DNA of 64,000 nt, taken from Protoeuglena noctilucae. Taxonomy: Eukaryota. Made by a program: the position numbers and the translations under genes. The stretch spans positions 744,001-808,000 of the forward strand of contig OY253682.1 of NCBI GenBank assembly GCA_958009085.1, written 5' to 3'. Positions 59,868 to 64,000 of the stretch are shown in pieces. Within the stretch, counting starts at the first letter, position 1. The number at the start of each line of letters is the position of its first letter. The notes beneath the pieces are model-generated. The model was not told the DNA's origin, did not search any database, and worked only from the letters and a program-made list of their open reading frames with translations.

Positions 59868-62800
59868 TTAGAACGGCGCAGGCCACAAGCCGCGCCAATC
59901 CGCTGTCGCACCGCGGCGTCCAAGCGTTTCCGTATCTACTGCGCCCGGGAGGCCGCCACCGTCCGCTCGATTGACAAGAAGAGCTCCCCGATGTCGCTCT
60001 TGGCACCCTTGCCTCCCTGCGAACGGACCGGCGGGTGGCGCTGACCCCAGCATGCGTGCGCTGGAAAAAGGACACAGAGGGCCACGCCCGTGCAAGCGCC
60101 CGCTCGCCTGCTCTGTCGCGGCTGGTTCCTGTCCGAGCGCGTCAGCCACCCGCGCCTCCAGCTCCGCCCGCACGTTGCTGGGTAGCGGCGTCACGCCCAC
60201 CGCCCCCGGCCCTTGCTCCCCCTGCCGCAAGTAGGCCAGCAGGTCCGCGGCCGTCGCACGGAGGGCCTGCGAGCGAAGATAGCATGGCAGATGCCCTGTC
60301 ATGGATACCCTAAGTACATGCAGATGCCACTACCTGCCTGTGCAGGTTGCACCCTGAGACTGTAGTACTACTCAGTATCCACCCTCACCCGCGGAATGGC
60401 GTTCTGCCGGCCGTCCACCGCCTCCCTCCGCCCCCGATCGATGATCCCCAGCACTGCAGACGCCGACACCTGCAGCGGGCACAGCGTTGCACCATCAAGC
60501 ACACATGCTGTGCGTGTTCAAAGTGCAGGGAACTCGCACATGCGCGCGCTTCCCGTGCCCCCTGCACCCTCCCCGACACCTCCCCTCTCTATGCACCACC
60601 CCTCACCGGCCCCGGCTCCCCATCCGCCGCCCCCCTTGCATCCTCCTCCGCCCCCGCCAGCCCCGCCCCGGCCCCATCCGCACCCTCCGCAACCGCTCCC
60701 TGCACCCCGTCCGCTCCCCCATGGCTCAGCACCCACCGCCACGAGTGGCCCCTGCCGGACGCCCCAGCACCGCCACCTTTCCCCGCCCATTGCCCCGCAG
60801 CGTTGGGACCGCTGGGGAAGACCTCTCCCGACACCACCGCCCGCTCCAGCACCGCGACCGGGTCCTCTCTCAGCAGAGAGCTCTGAGGGCAGCGTGTGGA
60901 GGCGCTGTGGTATGAGAGGGCGTCTGACTAGGCGAGCTCGACAACGGTGGGAACAAATAGCAAGGAAAGGGTGGAACTTGAGCCAATCTGACGAGGGAAC
61001 CACCAGGCATAGCACAACTCTTGCGAACACGAACTCAAGTGTGCAAGCAGACTGACCTGGCTGATTCCGGCGAGCGACAGCGCCAGAAGGGCGTGCCAGA
61101 GCGCGAGCAGGGCCCCCGCCGCGGCCGAGACGGCCTCCCGCTCCGTCATGGCGAGCGACGACCACGGGGAGGTGGCGGCGGGCGCGGCGGGGAGTGGGTC
61201 GGGCCGTGGGGGCGGGGCGGAGGTGCGGGACTTTTTGGGGGTGCGGAGGGGCGGCGGGGGCGGGGGCGCCGTGGGGGGCGCGATGCCCTGCAGATAGGCC
61301 TGCGAAGAGGGTAGTGGTTGCAGATAGGAAGAGAGTCACAGCACCGTTGCACCTGCCATGGCAGCGCCGGGTGCACGTCCGCTTACCACCCACACCCTGT
61401 GCTCACCTGCCTTGTTTGAAGTGACCTATATAAGATATACATCGGACAAGCGCCTCTCCTCACCTGCAACGCCCGCACCCCGATCGCCTGCTCCTCTGCC
61501 CCCACGCCACCCTCCCTGGCCAGCCGCACCACCACCTCGGCAATCCCTGACCCCTGCAGCCCCCGCAGCGTCGCCCGCACGCCCCGCAGCCCCACCAGCA
61601 CGTCGATGACCGTCGCCGCAGACACGCCACCGCTGCCGCCCCCGCCGCCGCCCCCACGCTTGCCGCCCCGGGTGGGTGCGACGGGAGCCGCGTGCTCGGC
61701 CTCCCACTGCTCGAGGACCTGCCAGGATAGTCATACGAAGTAGAGATTATACTCAAAGACATAGGAGCGAGGTGACGAGGACGGTACGGGAGATGCAAAC
61801 TACCTGTCAATGCAACAGCGACAAAGTGTCCCTCGCAATGCCACAACCCCATACCTCGTCTCTCACCTTGCGACCCTGCGCCATGACCCGTGCCTCTTCC
61901 TCGTTCGGCTCCCCTTTCATGAACCCCTCCACCACGCCCCGCACGCGCTCTCGCACCGACCGCTCCTGCCGGGCCACCTGGCGAAGGAGACAACGGAGTT
62001 GATGATGGAGTGAGATAGTGATAGTTACCAAACACTCATCTGCACCCCATCGCTCTATCAGCAACGCCCTCACCAGTTGCTACCGACACACCCATAGTTA
62101 ATACTATCATCTCCACCCCCCACCTGCATCAGCACCGCCACCGCCGCCTCCCGGGCGTCCCCCGCCCGGGCCCTCTCCTCGTCCCGCAGCGCACGCAGAC
62201 GACGCAAGTGGCTGACCTCGGCCGCCCCGCCCAGCCGCTGCTGGCCGTCGTTGCCGCGCTTGGACGAATGCACTGCGGACGTGGCACGGTGTGAGACGTC
62301 TCATGGCATGGTGTGGTGCACGCGAATGATACTGCATAGCCAGGATTAGAACTAGCTACTACAACAGGTGCGGTGATCTGTGGAAGGGCGTGGGATGGGC
62401 AGGGTAACACAAATGTCGCACTCATGCACACTGATGCCATGTTTAAACAGAACACCATCTACCCAGCCCACCCCTCACCTGGCATGTCGATGAGCGTCGT
62501 GGGCACGATGGCGCCCTGCGGCTTCCCCCCCGACGCCACGATGAGCTCGTTGAGCCACTTGTGCACCCCGGACATGTTGCCCACGTTCAAGGGGCTGTGC
62601 ACCGCCACGCCTGGCTCAGACCGGTAGGCTGGGGGGACAGGAGAGGGATGCATGGTTTGGTGCATGACCGTGTGCCATGATCCGTGTATCCATGGCAACC
62701 TTGCCATCCATGCTCATGGCAGTCACTGCACCCCGTCACAGCACTGCAACTGCCCCCGTGCTACCCCCTTGCTTCCCTGTCATGCCCCTCCCTGCCCCTC

Positions 62801-63969
62801 ACACCACCACCACCACCATCACTCACTGTAGTGCCCGTCCCGCGTGTCCCTCTCCTCCCCCGTGGCTGCCAGTATCTCCTGGCCTGACTCAGTGATCACG
62901 TAGAAGCGCATCCCACGTCGCTGGTCCGAGTACATGGACTTCTCCACCCTGCAAACACGGCAGACAGTCCGAGTACATGAACTTCTCCACCCTGCAATCA
63001 CGGCAGACAGTCCGAGTACATGAACTTCTCCACCCTGCAGGTGGTGCCATTTCGCAAATACCGCATCCCACTTATACTGCTGAATGGTTGTTGAGCATCA
63101 GGTGACGTCTGGTTAACCGCACAGCCATGCGCCATGCACCCTCACCGGAACCCCGTCAGGACGACGGGGGCCTGCTCGGCTGCCTGGGGTGGCGCTCCCT
63201 GCCCCGAGTCAGCCGGCGCTGCCGCCGTTGCCACCGGCTCTGCCCCGGGGACACCCGCCCGGTGCCGGGACGCTGCCATGACCTGCATACGCGAGCGACA
63301 GAGTGAAAGGTGGTATTCGCTATGCATGCCTGGCTACCTGGCTGTGGCTGAAAGCGCGTGGCTGTCCATGCTTTTATCTTGATGACTCCCGAAGCACGAT
63401 TCCTTCTCATTTCCACTAATTCTAAGCCCGTCTTGCTCCCGCTACTACACCCACCTCGCCTCGCTTCCTGTAACCATGCCCAGCGCCCCTCGCCTGTTGG
63501 AGGAAGGCCATGAGCTCCTTGCGGTTGTGGGCGGACAGGGACCCGAACTGCTGCACGGCATCGGTGTTCTTGTAGTGGTAGTGGGCATCTCCTTGAGAGG
63601 TCTCCTCTCCCTCCGCAGCTGCGACCGGCGAGGGCAGAGGGCCACGTCGCACGGGCCAGGGTAGCGCGGCGGGTGCAGTGCGGATGAATGGCTAAAGGGC
63701 AGTCTGCGCCCACGACGCCCCGTGCAGCTCACCCAGCACGACGCGGCCCTCATTCGTGGTCAGGTAGTACTTGATGATGCGCGCCTTGCCCTTCTTGATT
63801 TTCTCCTCCTTGAAGTCCACGAAGAACTCGTTCGGGGCCAGGACGAGCGCCGGCGGCTGCGCGGGGCGAGGCCAGGGCGGGCGTGAGATGAGAAGGACTG
63901 CAGCATGAGCGCGAGCGCGAGCGCGGGAGGCTCGGGAAGTCCTGGTGCGGGTCGCCGGACCTCAAACAT
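59868..63969 (-). CDS. Putative nuclear protein with two tandem N-terminal domains resembling the N-terminus of plant BAH/Agenet proteins, followed by helical segments; about 10 exons, start tentative
   Basis: Repeat 1: FVDFKEEK..RIIKYYLTTNEGRVVL|AAEGEETSQGDAHYHY..NRKELMAFL. Repeat 2: LTGFR|VEK..MRFYVITESGQEILAATGEERDTRDGHYS|Y..NMSGVHKWL. Confidence 0.55.
62924..63040. repeat. 43-bp tandem repeat (about 2.7 copies) spanning an intron acceptor
   Basis: gtccgagtacatg(g/a)acttctccaccctgca(a..acggcagaca) recurs at 62924, 62967 and 63010. Confidence 0.9.
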
Positions 63970-64000
63970 TGCTACATGAAACGGACCTCCCTGATTGTGG

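Noticed and set aside
50758..63040. Short direct repeats as CRISPR-like arrays
   Set aside because: They have only 2-3 copies, no unique spacers and no cas genes, and they overlap eukaryotic splice junctions.
833..63493. GC-AG introns as an Introner-type mobile family
   Set aside because: I see no shared internal sequence or terminal inverted repeats among these introns. An all-vs-all alignment would be needed to exclude it fully.

Overview
This is gene-dense, GC-rich, intron-rich eukaryotic nuclear DNA, most consistent with a flagellated green alga (chlorophyte). It carries nucleus-encoded PGR5, FtsZ1, DUF3007 and DUF1824 with transit-peptide-like N-termini, plus the flagellar genes RSP2 and FAP126. 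I traced about 25 protein-coding genes by hand through their splice junctions: ASCC3 (partial), RSP2, BCL7-like, DUF3007, a P450, an Sfi1-like protein, phytochelatin synthase, a DA1-like protein, a GNAT, a small C2H2 zinc finger, MIC10, MetH, L-galactose dehydrogenase, LARP1, DUF1824, EF-Ts, RPS3A, PGR5, FAP126, FtsZ1, DEG7, a DUF1749 hydrolase, a secreted mucin-like protein and two poorly characterised genes. No rRNA, tRNA, CRISPR or mobile element is evident. Three observations stand out. (1) The stop codon of the zinc-finger gene directly abuts the GNAT start codon (TAG-ATG, no spacer, in frame), a candidate bicistronic locus that fits leaky scanning poorly. (2) About 23 of roughly 110 inferred introns use GC donors, almost all AG|GCGAG. 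(3) Several short tandem duplications are centred on splice junctions. All family assignments come from recognised motifs, not database searches, and exon boundaries are inferred without RNA evidence.
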